The notes: a model not told the origin generated them from the sequence alone. A stretch of DNA of 63,777 nucleotides, filler included, from Lama guanicoe (GCA_013239625.1; 208 parts of 208 records of this genome joined end to end with filler, not necessarily neighbours in it); one strand, 5' to 3'. Positions 22,619 to 36,740 are shown, counted from the whole stretch's first letter. Translations and numbers: made by a program.

Positions 22619-23946
22619 NNNNNNNNNNNNNNNNNNNNNNNNNNNNNNNNNNNNNNNNNNNNTTAATTAATTAANNNNNNNNNNNNNNNNNNNNNNNNNN
22701 NNNNNNNNNNNNNNNNNNGGCTTCCCTCCCTGTGCAGTGGGATCGCTGCTAAGGGTGAAACGAGTCCAGCGAGCGTGCAGCATGAGTGAGAGCTGTTTCC
22801 TTGCTTGGCCTCGGGCCAAAATGGGGGTGGTAGGAGCGGGTGGGCTCGGGCATCCCCGGGGGAGGAGGTGGCCCCACGGAGTGCGAGGATGGGGGGCAGA
22901 GCCAAGGGCAACTTCCACCTGCACANNNNNNNNNNNNNNNNNNNNNNNNNNNNNNNNNNNNNNNNNNNNTTAATTAATTAANNNNNNNNNNNNNNNNNNN
23001 NNNNNNNNNNNNNNNNNNNNNNNNNAAATGAACCATGTGGCAGAGGTTATACTGGTGAAGAAACTTACTTGAAGGTTTTTCAGTTTATACTGAAGATACG
23101 GTGGCATCAAACATAGAACTTACTAGAGATTTTACATGTGCAGAATTTCTACAGTTTCCACACAGGAATTGTATCACTGAGTATATTGTGGATCAATATT
23201 GGTTCAAGCAAAATTCTAATATTGAGTTTGGANNNNNNNNNNNNNNNNNNNNNNNNNNNNNNNNNNNNNNNNNNNNTTAATTAATTAANNNNNNNNNNNN
23301 NNNNNNNNNNNNNNNNNNNNNNNNNNNNNNNNGGGAAGCCAGCTAATCCTTGTCTTTTGTGACTGTGAACCAGGTGTAAAACGAGGAGAAAGTGTTTTGT
23401 TCCTTCCTTGAAGTGTGAAATTAACCAAGTCAAGACTGAAAATACACTCCTCCCAATAACGTTGATTCTGAACCAGTTTCCTTTCAAACACGGAATCCAA
23501 GGAAACGTCCATGTTGCTGAGGTCACGGCTGGGATGCTGNNNNNNNNNNNNNNNNNNNNNNNNNNNNNNNNNNNNNNNNNNNNTTAATTAATTAANNNNN
23601 NNNNNNNNNNNNNNNNNNNNNNNNNNNNNNNNNNNNNNNTTTTTTTTTTGTCCAAACTAAAGTGAGAATTTGAAAAAGGCTGAAAAAACACCCAACTCAT
23701 TGTGCAGCTCTTATGCGCTTAATACAAAGAATTTAAAAAGATTGCGCAAAGGAGCGTAGTCAGAGGGCAATCTCATTAGGAACAAACAGACAAAAACCTT
23801 AAAATAATATTGGCAAATTATTTTCCGCAATGTATTTAAAAAAAAANNNNNNNNNNNNNNNNNNNNNNNNNNNNNNNNNNNNNNNNNNNNTTAATTAATT
23901 AANNNNNNNNNNNNNNNNNNNNNNNNNNNNNNNNNNNNNNNNNNNN

Positions 23947-24107
23947 CAGAGCCTTGAGAATGGGCTATCCTGCATGTTTCAGGCTATAGGTAACAATGTT
24001 TTACAAAAGATGCAGAATCAGTACAACTAAGCACAGGAAACAGAACACAGGGTTAGAGTTAAAGGAACAGATCCAACGTGGAGTCAAATTTGTGCCTCCC
24101 TATAACA
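23947..24107 (-). mobile_element. ERV1-type LTR 5' part, same family as 20399-20469
   Basis: Reverse complement begins TGTTATAGGGAGGCACAAATTTGACTCCACGTTGGATCTGTTCCTTTAACTCTAACCC. Confidence 0.65.
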
Positions 24108-24289
24108 ATAGGCCCCCTCTATCAAGCACATGCCAAAATTCCAGACTCCCAGANNNNNNNNNNNNNNNNNNNNNNNNNNNNNNNNNNNNNNNNNNNNTTA
24201 ATTAATTAANNNNNNNNNNNNNNNNNNNNNNNNNNNNNNNNNNNNNNNNNNNNGCACATATTAACTCGTCACTTAAAAATAGACTTGGA

Positions 24290-24460
24290 ATTCTGCCCCC
24301 TGGGAGCCTTCGCTGCGCCGAGCGCGTCTGCGTTCCCCACGCTTCAGGGCCAGGACTGACTTCTCCGGGCAGAGCCGTGCTCCGCAGCGAAGCCCGAACC
24401 TCCGAGCTTGCGTCTCGCCCTCCGCCGTCCGCTCCGCCCAGTGCCGGGCGGCGGGTGGGG
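24290..24460. promoter_or_regulatory. CpG-island edge with GC boxes
   Basis: Dense CpGs with CCGCCC and GGGCGG motifs at about 24430-24455; gene unknown. Confidence 0.55.
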
Positions 24461-25886
24461 NNNNNNNNNNNNNNNNNNNNNNNNNNNNNNNNNNNNNNNN
24501 NNNNTTAATTAATTAANNNNNNNNNNNNNNNNNNNNNNNNNNNNNNNNNNNNNNNNNNNNCCAGGAGATTAGGAGAATGGGTGTCAAGGAGGCTCTGGCA
24601 GCAGCTGGATCCACCTCCCACTGCCTGGTCACCTGCTTTAGGCTGCAGGCAACCAGACAGGAGCAAGCCCCTGACTTCTTACGACAACTGTGGCAGTGGA
24701 GTCTTAAGCACTGTTCCAAGGCAGCCCCTGATGTCTGTGCCTCTTTGCATCTGACTCCCTCTATGAANNNNNNNNNNNNNNNNNNNNNNNNNNNNNNNNN
24801 NNNNNNNNNNNTTAATTAATTAANNNNNNNNNNNNNNNNNNNNNNNNNNNNNNNNNNNNNNNNNNNNGCACACACACACACAGGGAAAAGAGACATGAAA
24901 TGGGAAAATTCCTTGAAAACCACAAACTACCAAAACTTAACTCTGATGAACTAGATGACCTAATACATATTAAAACTCTTAAAGTCATTCAATTCATAGT
25001 AGAGTCCATCCAAAAAAGAAATCTCCTGATCCATGTATTCACTGGCGATTTCCACCAAATGTTTCAAAAGAATANNNNNNNNNNNNNNNNNNNNNNNNNN
25101 NNNNNNNNNNNNNNNNNNTTAATTAATTAANNNNNNNNNNNNNNNNNNNNNNNNNNNNNNNNNNNNNNNNNNNNGGTGCTCTGCTCTCTGGGAGTAATCT
25201 GGTGATCCTTATTGCCAGTGCCATGCTATCTTGATGGCTGTCGCCTTCTGGCCAGTTGTGAAGTCGGGCCGTGTACACGCTACCACTTCTGCCACTGGTG
25301 TTTGTTTTTTTTTTTTAAATTGTCTTTCTCCACTTCCTTTCTTCCTTCTCCTCTTCCCTCTCTTTCTCCTTTCCCTGGTTCNNNNNNNNNNNNNNNNNNN
25401 NNNNNNNNNNNNNNNNNNNNNNNNNTTAATTAATTAANNNNNNNNNNNNNNNNNNNNNNNNNNNNNNNNNNNNNNNNNNNNGCAATGGGTCTTGTAAATG
25501 CAGAGTTCTCCCCAGGCAAAAGAAACATGATCAACTTAACTCTCAACATCCTGGTGCATAGCAGTTTGTAATTCTACTGTGTTTGTGGTTTGTTTTCTGA
25601 CGGGAGGGGAGGGGGCACTGGCAGAGCCCTGAGACGCCCACCCACATGCTGAGTCACGGGCCTAACCTTCCCGCAAGCACTGAAGGAANNNNNNNNNNNN
25701 NNNNNNNNNNNNNNNNNNNNNNNNNNNNNNNNTTAATTAATTAANNNNNNNNNNNNNNNNNNNNNNNNNNNNNNNNNNNNNNNNNNNNGACTGAAAGATA
25801 ATACCAAAAAGGTCAGAGTCACCAAGGTCTCCGAGTTTTTATTCCCAACTTCTGTCGTAGGCTGTTTTTATTCAACTACTAAATGC

Positions 25887-25995
25887 TGTTATGGGTTCAA
25901 CCGTGCCTTCCAACAAAATATGTTCAAGTCCAAACCCTCAGTACCGGTGAATGTGATCTTATTTGGAAAAAGCTCTTCTTTGCACATGTAGTCAA
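25887..25995 (+). mobile_element. MLT1 LTR 5' end
   Basis: TGTTATGGGTT...ATATGTTCAAGTCC...GAATGTGATCTTATTTGGAAA. Confidence 0.8.
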
Positions 25996-27016
25996 NNNNN
26001 NNNNNNNNNNNNNNNNNNNNNNNNNNNNNNNNNNNNNNNTTAATTAATTAANNNNNNNNNNNNNNNNNNNNNNNNNNNNNNNNNNNNNNNNNNNNGGGTT
26101 AACCATGACAGAGTCTGTGTTTCCAAAAGCTTTGCCTTTCAGGTGCATCTTGAAGAATGGGCTGATGGGAGTCGGGCAGCAGAAAGGGGGAAACCATGGA
26201 GAGAGGAGTTGCGTGTGGGTATGGCAGCTCGGCTATCAGCTCAGGGGTCCCTTGGGCCACAGAAGCACCAGGAGCCAGTGGCTGTCACTGAGCGCTGAGG
26301 CCNNNNNNNNNNNNNNNNNNNNNNNNNNNNNNNNNNNNNNNNNNNNTTAATTAATTAANNNNNNNNNNNNNNNNNNNNNNNNNNNNNNNNNNNNNNNNNN
26401 NNTTCCCATTTCTCCTTTTATCTCTCCCTTCCTCTCCTGGTCTATTGTTAACGCTTCTCCTCATCCCTCATCCTTTGAATCCCTCACTCTCTTTCTCTCA
26501 CTCTTTACTTGCGTCTGGGCTGTTGCTGTATGAGGCTTATGGTCACTGCCCGGGATGGGACTGGCAGTTTGGTCCTGTGTGCTGTGACTAGGGTGTGTAT
26601 GGCCAGGCANNNNNNNNNNNNNNNNNNNNNNNNNNNNNNNNNNNNNNNNNNNNTTAATTAATTAANNNNNNNNNNNNNNNNNNNNNNNNNNNNNNNNNNN
26701 NNNNNNNNNCTGGAATCAATGGGATAATCAATTAATCATGTAATTATGGTTTTACATTCCCAGGCCATCCCCTGTAGCCCGAATACCACCTCAGCATGCT
26801 TCAGTTCAGTGGCGTGTGGCCCTGGCTGGTGGCGGAACCCTTGTGTGAAGTCCTTAAGGCGTTTGGGATCAACAAATAAATATAAAAATGGAAAGGAAGA
26901 AGTGTACAGTGTCTCCNNNNNNNNNNNNNNNNNNNNNNNNNNNNNNNNNNNNNNNNNNNNTTAATTAATTAANNNNNNNNNNNNNNNNNNNNNNNNNNNN
27001 NNNNNNNNNNNNNNNN

Positions 27017-27223
27017 GATGGCAAAGAAACAGACAAAAAGATGCTTCACAGCATATGTCATCAGAGAAGTGCAAATTAATACAACTGTGAGATACCACGA
27101 CAAACCTATAAGAGAGACCAAATCTGGAGTCCTGACAACACTGAGGATGTAAAGCAACAAGATCTCTCATACATTGCTGGTCAGAATGAAAAGTAGGAAA
27201 GCCACTTGGGAAGACAGTTGAGC
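27017..27223 (+). mobile_element. Old L1M ORF2 C-terminal fragment (near-identical partner at 27938-28144)
   Basis: AAAAGATGCTTCACAGCATATGTCATCAGAGAAGTGCAAATTAA...GAGATACCAC...GAGGATGT...GCCACTTGGGAAGACAGTT. Confidence 0.8.
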
Positions 27224-29889
27224 NNNNNNNNNNNNNNNNNNNNNNNNNNNNNNNNNNNNNNNNNNNNTTAATTAATTAANNNNNNNNNNNNNNNNNNNNN
27301 NNNNNNNNNNNNNNNNNNNNNNNCTGGTCACGGTCCAGGAGAGAGCCCCTTCCCTGTGCTGGCCCACGTTAAACCTTTGCTTCTTCCCTTGAAGAAGGGA
27401 GTGAGAGACTGGGATTTAATGTTAAAGGTTTGTAAAGAGGCATCTTACTTTTTCCTGAAAATATGTCAGTTAGACATCGCGTGCCGGAATTCTCATTCCT
27501 CAGCCCTCTGGTGGAAGCGTTTTTCTTCTGNNNNNNNNNNNNNNNNNNNNNNNNNNNNNNNNNNNNNNNNNNNNTTAATTAATTAANNNNNNNNNNNNNN
27601 NNNNNNNNNNNNNNNNNNNNNNNNNNNNNNCCTGAGTACTGATTTTTGAGCGGCGAGCTGCTGGACCTGAGTTTGGTAAGAAATTTTGATGCCCAATGTG
27701 GAGCTGCACTCTCCTGGCCATCAGGGACCTCTGGGCTTCCTTCTTGCAGCTTCTGGCGGTGGGAAAACAAAGGGTCGAGTGTGAAGACCCAGCTGCCTGT
27801 GGCAAGCTGGCCAGAAGGTGGTTCTCAGGAAAGTCCCNNNNNNNNNNNNNNNNNNNNNNNNNNNNNNNNNNNNNNNNNNNNTTAATTAATTAANNNNNNN
27901 NNNNNNNNNNNNNNNNNNNNNNNNNNNNNNNNNNNNNGATGGCAAAGAAACAGACAAAAAGATGCTTCACAGCATATGTCATCAGAAAAGTGCAAATTAA
28001 TACAATTGTGAGATACCACGACAAACCTATAAGAGAGACCAAATCTGGAGCCCTGACAACACTGAGGATGTAAAGCAACAAGATCTCTTATACACTGCTG
28101 GTCAGAATGAAAAGTAGGAAAGCCACTTGGGAAGACAGTTGAGCNNNNNNNNNNNNNNNNNNNNNNNNNNNNNNNNNNNNNNNNNNNNTTAATTAATTAA
28201 NNNNNNNNNNNNNNNNNNNNNNNNNNNNNNNNNNNNNNNNNNNNGTCCTGATACAAGTTACTTAACAACTATTTCTGATCTTAGTCCCAGCCTACCTGTT
28301 CAGCTACACAAAAAATCAATCATGAAAACCACTCATAATCTAGCGGCAGGGTAGGGGGGAGGGATGACTACTGGATTATTGGACTAAGAATAAACAAATG
28401 GTGTGGAGAGAAATAAGCAGCCCTGCTTCTGTCAAAGAATACTCCCAGAAANNNNNNNNNNNNNNNNNNNNNNNNNNNNNNNNNNNNNNNNNNNNTTAAT
28501 TAATTAANNNNNNNNNNNNNNNNNNNNNNNNNNNNNNNNNNNNNNNNNNNNCTCATCACACCCAGGCCCTCCCAGGGCTGACAGCAGGGGCGGGATCTGT
28601 GGGGCCACTTCTGTCCTCCGTGAGGGTCCTCAGCTTCAGCCCTGGCGGGTCCTGGGACGCCCCCTTGTTGACCCGAGCCCACACCTCACACCAAGGCCCT
28701 CACTGCCCAGAGACCCCCAGAGGAGTCTGTGGACTCACATGAGGCCACCAGGCCCAGGNNNNNNNNNNNNNNNNNNNNNNNNNNNNNNNNNNNNNNNNNN
28801 NNTTAATTAATTAANNNNNNNNNNNNNNNNNNNNNNNNNNNNNNNNNNNNNNNNNNNNGTGGCACTGGAACATGAGTCTACTTCAGGATCCACAGCTGGA
28901 GCTTCAGTCAGTGGGCCTGTTACCAGGTGGGTGATGTGTATGACTCCCACCAAGTCCCTGGGAAGGCTGCAGTCTGGTTACTGGAGGGGCCCCTGTGTGG
29001 GCAAGAATAGCCCTCTGCCATGGTTGAGTAGGCCTTGATCCAAGCCCCAGGGCCATTTTAGGTTCNNNNNNNNNNNNNNNNNNNNNNNNNNNNNNNNNNN
29101 NNNNNNNNNTTAATTAATTAANNNNNNNNNNNNNNNNNNNNNNNNNNNNNNNNNNNNNNNNNNNNTGGGATGCTGACCCAAAGAGAAGTCCTGGCAAAAT
29201 GCGACCACGGTGCTACCTTTCGGTCTGTAAAGGGAGGGGTTCTAGCGGGAAAACATCCAGCCAGCAGCGTCAGTGCTGGAGGGGAGCCCACATGGGCGAG
29301 AGGGCAGGGGACGCCACCCGGGCCTGAGCGAGCGGCGAGCTGCCCGCAGGCGAGCGAGGCCGAGGAGCAGCCNNNNNNNNNNNNNNNNNNNNNNNNNNNN
29401 NNNNNNNNNNNNNNNNTTAATTAATTAANNNNNNNNNNNNNNNNNNNNNNNNNNNNNNNNNNNNNNNNNNNNAGGTATCTCGCACCTGTGGCTCCCCTAA
29501 GAAGCAGCAATGGGCCAGCTCGGTATACGGGAGAGGAGCTCCCTGTTACCGAAAGGAAAGGAGCTGAACAGACAACAGCAGTCCACCGGGCTGGCACGGT
29601 TTTTTTCCCCTTCGTTCTATTTGGCACCTACTGGAACCTTTCCATCAAAAGATCTGTATTTCTCCTGCTAAAGAAAATTNNNNNNNNNNNNNNNNNNNNN
29701 NNNNNNNNNNNNNNNNNNNNNNNTTAATTAATTAANNNNNNNNNNNNNNNNNNNNNNNNNNNNNNNNNNNNNNNNNNNNCCTCCAGTTGGCATTAAACCT
29801 GCGTTGTGTGGTCGCCGGCCTGAAGCGCATCCCTGAGGCGGCGCGGCCGGCGGCTGCCGCCCAGGGCTACGGAGTCGCACAGCCTGCGG

Positions 29890-29978
29890 CCCGGTCCCAG
29901 CTCCGCCACTTCCTCGCCACGGGATCTGGGGCAAGTTGCTCAACCTCCCTGCACCCCAGTTTCATTATCTGAAAAATA
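29890..29978 (+). mobile_element. MIR within CpG-rich sequence
   Basis: TCCCAGCTCCGCCACTTCCT...GGGCAAGTTGCTCAACCTC...CAGTTTCATTATCTGAAAAAT. Confidence 0.7.
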
Positions 29979-30393
29979 CCAAACCCNNNNNNNNNNNNNN
30001 NNNNNNNNNNNNNNNNNNNNNNNNNNNNNNTTAATTAATTAANNNNNNNNNNNNNNNNNNNNNNNNNNNNNNNNNNNNNNNNNNNNTTGCTGTCTTCCCC
30101 AGGGTTTAGAAGTCCAGGCTTAAGCAACAAGCTTACAAAGGAAGCTGTTTGCTTTCCTTCTTTTCAGAAAAAGAGCTTTGCAGTGTAACTCTAGATGAGT
30201 GGGGCATAGAAATATTTTGGCATTTACATTTTGCATCTCAAGGGCAGGCCTATGGCAGATTTTTATACACTGATACTGTGGTATCCCGACCCTNNNNNNN
30301 NNNNNNNNNNNNNNNNNNNNNNNNNNNNNNNNNNNNNTTAATTAATTAANNNNNNNNNNNNNNNNNNNNNNNNNNNNNNNNNNNNNNNNNNNN

Positions 30394-30600
30394 TTAGCTA
30401 TTGCCCTCCTACCCACCTTTGCCAGCCCCTCACCCCTAGCCCTAAGCGCCCACTAATCTACTTTCTGTCTCTGTGGATTTCCATATGCTGGACATTTCAT
30501 ATGAATGGAATTGGATCATTTGTGGTCTTTTGTGAGTTTCACTTAGCACAGTGTTTTCAAGGTTCATCTACATTGTAGCATGTGTCAGGACTTCATTCCT
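30394..30600 (-). mobile_element. L1MB-like 3' UTR
   Basis: CCACTAATCTACTTTCTGTCTCTGTGGATTT...TTTCACTTAGCA...TTCAAGGTTCATC. Confidence 0.85.
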
Positions 30601-33600
30601 NNNNNNNNNNNNNNNNNNNNNNNNNNNNNNNNNNNNNNNNNNNNTTAATTAATTAANNNNNNNNNNNNNNNNNNNNNNNNNNNNNNNNNNNNNNNNNNNN
30701 CCCAGTAATATAATACAATTCTATCATCCTGAAAATTCTATTAAAAAGTGAACAAAACATTTTTGCTTTTTTCTTAATTGTCCTCCCATTTCTCTTTTTC
30801 TAATTCACTCTCGTTAACAGATTTGGAAGGAGGGGGAAATGATTTTATATTTTTATTTGCACCCGTGACCAAAATATTTACTGCTAATTTAAAATTTGAA
30901 GAATTGANNNNNNNNNNNNNNNNNNNNNNNNNNNNNNNNNNNNNNNNNNNNTTAATTAATTAANNNNNNNNNNNNNNNNNNNNNNNNNNNNNNNNNNNNN
31001 NNNNNNNGCAGACTTGCTTTTATTTAGGTAGTGCAGACACTTTAAAAGAATGATTGCGGTATTGCTGACTAATTTGGGTTCCAGTTCACTGGGATATATT
31101 TCATAGTATGTTATATTTCCTCAATAAATGTAAATAACACCAATTTGCAAGTGGCACTTTTTCTGTTTCCCCCTTATTACATCCCATTCTGGCCACAGTT
31201 ATTGAGCAACACTGNNNNNNNNNNNNNNNNNNNNNNNNNNNNNNNNNNNNNNNNNNNNTTAATTAATTAANNNNNNNNNNNNNNNNNNNNNNNNNNNNNN
31301 NNNNNNNNNNNNNNCTACCGCACGGAGCTCGGGGGACCGCCTCCTCCATCGTGGCTGGAGCTCTCTTAGGCTCCAGGTGGAATGGAGCCGAGACTGGAAA
31401 CCCTACTGGGAGCCGGTGGCCCACCATCGCCCACTAGGGCGCACCTTCTGGACAAAGAGGTCTCCTGGCCCGTGTGGCCCGTGCAGGTGCAAGCCCACCG
31501 ACAGTCCTCCCTACCTGGGTCNNNNNNNNNNNNNNNNNNNNNNNNNNNNNNNNNNNNNNNNNNNNTTAATTAATTAANNNNNNNNNNNNNNNNNNNNNNN
31601 NNNNNNNNNNNNNNNNNNNNNAAACTTTCCCAAAGCATGAAATTAACAACTATCTGTCTCACACTCCAAAAGGCTGACAAGGATTTTCTGTCAGTGCCTA
31701 CTGAGGAATAAGAGAAATAATTTGGAACATGTCACCAATACATTAAAAATTTCTATCTTTTTATCCCCTTGTCATAATAAGCCTACAGAAGTCTGTATTG
31801 GATTGATCTTATTCCACATTTTTATTTTNNNNNNNNNNNNNNNNNNNNNNNNNNNNNNNNNNNNNNNNNNNNTTAATTAATTAANNNNNNNNNNNNNNNN
31901 NNNNNNNNNNNNNNNNNNNNNNNNNNNNTGGAAAATCCTTGAAGGCTGGATTCTAATTCTAATCGAGCATGTTCTTTAATAGATTTCTCCAACACCATTA
32001 ACCTCCTCTCCCACCCCAGGTCTGTGCAGACGCGTGGAATGCAGCTCTGTGGCAGCACTGATGATCAAGGACAGCACCAGTTACAGAGACAGGAGTGGCG
32101 ACGGCTGTCGTGTGCAGGTACTGAGTCATGTGAGTNNNNNNNNNNNNNNNNNNNNNNNNNNNNNNNNNNNNNNNNNNNNTTAATTAATTAANNNNNNNNN
32201 NNNNNNNNNNNNNNNNNNNNNNNNNNNNNNNNNNNCCCTGCCCTGCCCTGCAGGAGAGACGCAGCTGTGGGCCAGGCCCGCAGGACCGGCCCTGCCGTTT
32301 CCTGTGCTGTCGGTAGAGTCTGCGTTCTCATATCCCTCCTCCCTGCCGCCCAGCCCTGCGGACACTGAGGGTCTGGGGAGGCCCTTAGAGAGGGGGAGTC
32401 AGGCCAGAGAGAGGAAGGCCATGTCCAAGGTCGTACAGGAGCNNNNNNNNNNNNNNNNNNNNNNNNNNNNNNNNNNNNNNNNNNNNTTAATTAATTAANN
32501 NNNNNNNNNNNNNNNNNNNNNNNNNNNNNNNNNNNNNNNNNNATTTTCATGGACCTCAAAGTCCCATGAACCCTGAGGGCTGGGCCGGCTGCGTGTGCGG
32601 GATGGGTCAGCCCTGAGAGAAGTCGCTGAGCTGATTTTGCACAAAGCAATCAACAGACACACAGAGGTGGAGAAGGGATGAGGGAGGGAAGGCTGGGTGG
32701 GGGAGAAGGATGGTGGGGTCAGGAAGGAGGGGGGACTTACATCTCCACTNNNNNNNNNNNNNNNNNNNNNNNNNNNNNNNNNNNNNNNNNNNNTTAATTA
32801 ATTAANNNNNNNNNNNNNNNNNNNNNNNNNNNNNNNNNNNNNNNNNNNNTGGAAGCTTCCAGAAGAGCTTAACTCCAGCACGGAGCCCTGACAGAAAGTG
32901 GATTCTAATGGTGGGTGTGTGCCAGTGAGGGGCAGGTCAGGAGTGTCAGGTCAACCCGGGTGAGTCAGTGATGCGGTTTACCCGCAGCCTTGCCAGGAGC
33001 CAGGCTTGTTTCCCTCTACACTTGGCTCCGAGATACTCGCAAGCCTTGTTCTGCTGNNNNNNNNNNNNNNNNNNNNNNNNNNNNNNNNNNNNNNNNNNNN
33101 TTAATTAATTAANNNNNNNNNNNNNNNNNNNNNNNNNNNNNNNNNNNNNNNNNNNNAATGTCATGGGCTGGGCTGTCAACAGCCCAGAAAAATGATGTTT
33201 ATGTCTAGAAATATTTCATCTGAGAACGACTGGCCACTTTTACCCCAGAGCTCACCTCACATTCCTGTGCTTATATAATTCCCATTTCAAGTGATTTCCC
33301 AAACATATCTTTGCCAGAAAAAGACTGGATATGAGAATTCTTTCTTAGAACAATGTAATAATTNNNNNNNNNNNNNNNNNNNNNNNNNNNNNNNNNNNNN
33401 NNNNNNNTTAATTAATTAANNNNNNNNNNNNNNNNNNNNNNNNNNNNNNNNNNNNNNNNNNNNGAAATGGGGATGATGACTTGGGGAAGCAGAGAGAAGA
33501 GCAACTGGAGGTGTGGGGCTGGTGAGCGTGGCTGCTTGAGCTGCCAGACCCCTCGCCCCACACCCCTGCACAGTGGGTAAGCAGTGCCCATTTGCAAGAA

Positions 33601-34998
33601 TATATCTGCCAACTCTGCCACGTCAGCCTCTGAGGAAGCAGGAATTAGAACCCTCCAGGTGAGCCAGGGCNNNNNNNNNNNNNNNNNNNNNNNNNNNNNN
33701 NNNNNNNNNNNNNNTTAATTAATTAANNNNNNNNNNNNNNNNNNNNNNNNNNNNNNNNNNNNNNNNNNNNTTATATTATATTTTTAAAAACATAATTTTC
33801 CTCAAAGTAAGTTATATCTGTCATGTCAAATTAAGCCTCATTTTTCAATATTAATGTTTTAGTAAAAATTCAAGAAAACATAATTTTCCCACCTTCTGCC
33901 TACCTATCCTGACTCTGGTGATTTTTTAAAAATAATAACAAAAGAAAAAATGATGAAAAATAAAGGAAAAACAGTTTNNNNNNNNNNNNNNNNNNNNNNN
34001 NNNNNNNNNNNNNNNNNNNNNTTAATTAATTAANNNNNNNNNNNNNNNNNNNNNNNNNNNNNNNNNNNNNNNNNNNNACACACACACACACACACACAGT
34101 CCATAAACCCAGAGACACTGACAAAAATTAATCTGTTATAGAGCAATTATTGATCAGTTTTACTCCATAATCATGTAAGGAAAAAATAAATTTCATTGTC
34201 AAAGTCGATCATTGTTTCATTTAAAAAAATTGTTGAGTCCATCTTATGAGTTCAATATTTTAAACAAAAGAGTCATGTGAGTGANNNNNNNNNNNNNNNN
34301 NNNNNNNNNNNNNNNNNNNNNNNNNNNNTTAATTAATTAANNNNNNNNNNNNNNNNNNNNNNNNNNNNNNNNNNNNNNNNNNNNGCTACCTGACAGAAGA
34401 GTTGTGTCCCCTGGAAGAGAGTCTTGGAGATGCTGATGTGTGAATTTAAGGTAGTTGCCCCTTTAGGAACATGAATATTTCATGAAAGCAAGTCGCTGGG
34501 GTACCAGCTGACACAATAAATGTAGAATTTTTTTTTAAAGAGAAAAATAGCATATTTATATTTGCCATCTCTGCACTTAGATTGCCTGAGTNNNNNNNNN
34601 NNNNNNNNNNNNNNNNNNNNNNNNNNNNNNNNNNNTTAATTAATTAANNNNNNNNNNNNNNNNNNNNNNNNNNNNNNNNNNNNNNNNNNNNGCTACCTGA
34701 CAGAAGAGTTGTGTCCCCTGGAAGAGAGTCTTGGAGATGCCGATGTGTGAATTTAAGGTAGTTGCCCCTTTAGGAACACGAATATTTCATGAAAGCAAGT
34801 CGCTGGGGTACCAGCTGACACAATACATGTAGAATTTTTTTTTAAAGAAAAAAATAGCATATTTATATTTGCCATCTCTGCACTTAGATTGCCTGAGTNN
34901 NNNNNNNNNNNNNNNNNNNNNNNNNNNNNNNNNNNNNNNNNNTTAATTAATTAANNNNNNNNNNNNNNNNNNNNNNNNNNNNNNNNNNNNNNNNNNNN

Positions 34999-35205
34999 CT
35001 GAAATCAAGGTTGTCGCTGACTGGGATTTTATTGGGAGACTGGGAAGAATCCACTTCTGGGTTCATTTAGGCTGTTGGCAGAATTGAGCCCCATGTGGTG
35101 GAAGGGCAGAGGCTCCAGCTTTCTGACTCAGCTCTCTGGTCAGAGCCATCGTCAGGTTTTAGAAGTTGCCTACCTTCCTTGACTCCTTGGCTTATGATCC
35201 CCTCC
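34999..35205 (-). mobile_element. MLT1 LTR fragment
   Basis: CTGAAATCAAGGT...GGGAAGAATCCACTTC...TGTTGGCAGAATT. Confidence 0.7.
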
Positions 35206-36533
35206 NNNNNNNNNNNNNNNNNNNNNNNNNNNNNNNNNNNNNNNNNNNNTTAATTAATTAANNNNNNNNNNNNNNNNNNNNNNNNNNNNNNNNNNNNNNN
35301 NNNNNACGGTTTTTAAGAAAAGGGATCGTGTTGTAATTAGATGGGCTAAGAAGCGTTCTGTTCTTTTTCAAGTTGGAAGGAGCGGAGGCATATTACTGCG
35401 CTGCAGAAAGAAAGCAGGTGGGGAGGGGAAAAGGTAAAATTACCGATAAGAGAGTGAGACGGGTGAAACTAGGAGATAGAATAAAGCAATTAGGAGACAG
35501 CACGGGAGCAGANNNNNNNNNNNNNNNNNNNNNNNNNNNNNNNNNNNNNNNNNNNNTTAATTAATTAANNNNNNNNNNNNNNNNNNNNNNNNNNNNNNNN
35601 NNNNNNNNNNNNTTTGAAAGGGACGTTCCTTTGGGTCCAGTGATCACACTTGTTGAAACGCGTTCTGGGGAAGTGGTCGTGGGTCAGGTGTGACCCCTTT
35701 GCCCCGGGTAGGAGTGGTGCCCCGTGGGGGAGGCGAGCACCCCTGGAATCTGAACCCGGAGCCACAGCATGGAGAGACCGATCGCCGTGTGACACTGGCT
35801 CCCAGGAAGCGTCCAGCCCNNNNNNNNNNNNNNNNNNNNNNNNNNNNNNNNNNNNNNNNNNNNTTAATTAATTAANNNNNNNNNNNNNNNNNNNNNNNNN
35901 NNNNNNNNNNNNNNNNNNNAGCTCTATCTGTGACTGTTCAAAACCAGGTAGGTCCAATCCCTTTTATTCACCAAAACATTCCTAAAACATTAAGAATGTC
36001 ATTTTACGTTACTCTAAATTTTCACCCAATATTTAAGGATCTGGTCATCTTAAGTGTTGATGTTAACTATACATACCATTTAAATAGCAACGTCTTGGCT
36101 ACATCCATTTTTCCTTGTTTATACTCNNNNNNNNNNNNNNNNNNNNNNNNNNNNNNNNNNNNNNNNNNNNTTAATTAATTAANNNNNNNNNNNNNNNNNN
36201 NNNNNNNNNNNNNNNNNNNNNNNNNNAGGGGAGCCTGCAGCTCCTCCATCACCCCATCGACGTCCACTGCCACCACTAGTCAGCGGGACCCTCAATCACT
36301 GCTAGTACCAATGATCATTAACAACACCTCCCTTTATCTGCCGTCTCCCCTGGCAGCAAGGTGCTCTTTGAAACACGCACTCTTTTTGCCTCACTTGCTC
36401 TTTTATCTGTTCAGCCACAGAGGGAGAAAGGTGNNNNNNNNNNNNNNNNNNNNNNNNNNNNNNNNNNNNNNNNNNNNTTAATTAATTAANNNNNNNNNNN
36501 NNNNNNNNNNNNNNNNNNNNNNNNNNNNNNNNN

Positions 36534-36740
36534 ATAATACAATATAATAATATATAATATATAAATAAATAATATATTAATATATTATTTTTAATATTAA
36601 TTAATATATTTTTTATTATAATTATATTATAATTATTATAAAATAATTATAATAATTAATTAATATATTATTAATATATAATAATAAAATAAATAATATA
36701 ATAATATGTAATATATAAATGATATAACATTGTAATTATT
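36534..36740. repeat. AT-only low-complexity tract
   Basis: Almost exclusively A/T across the contig. Confidence 0.95.
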
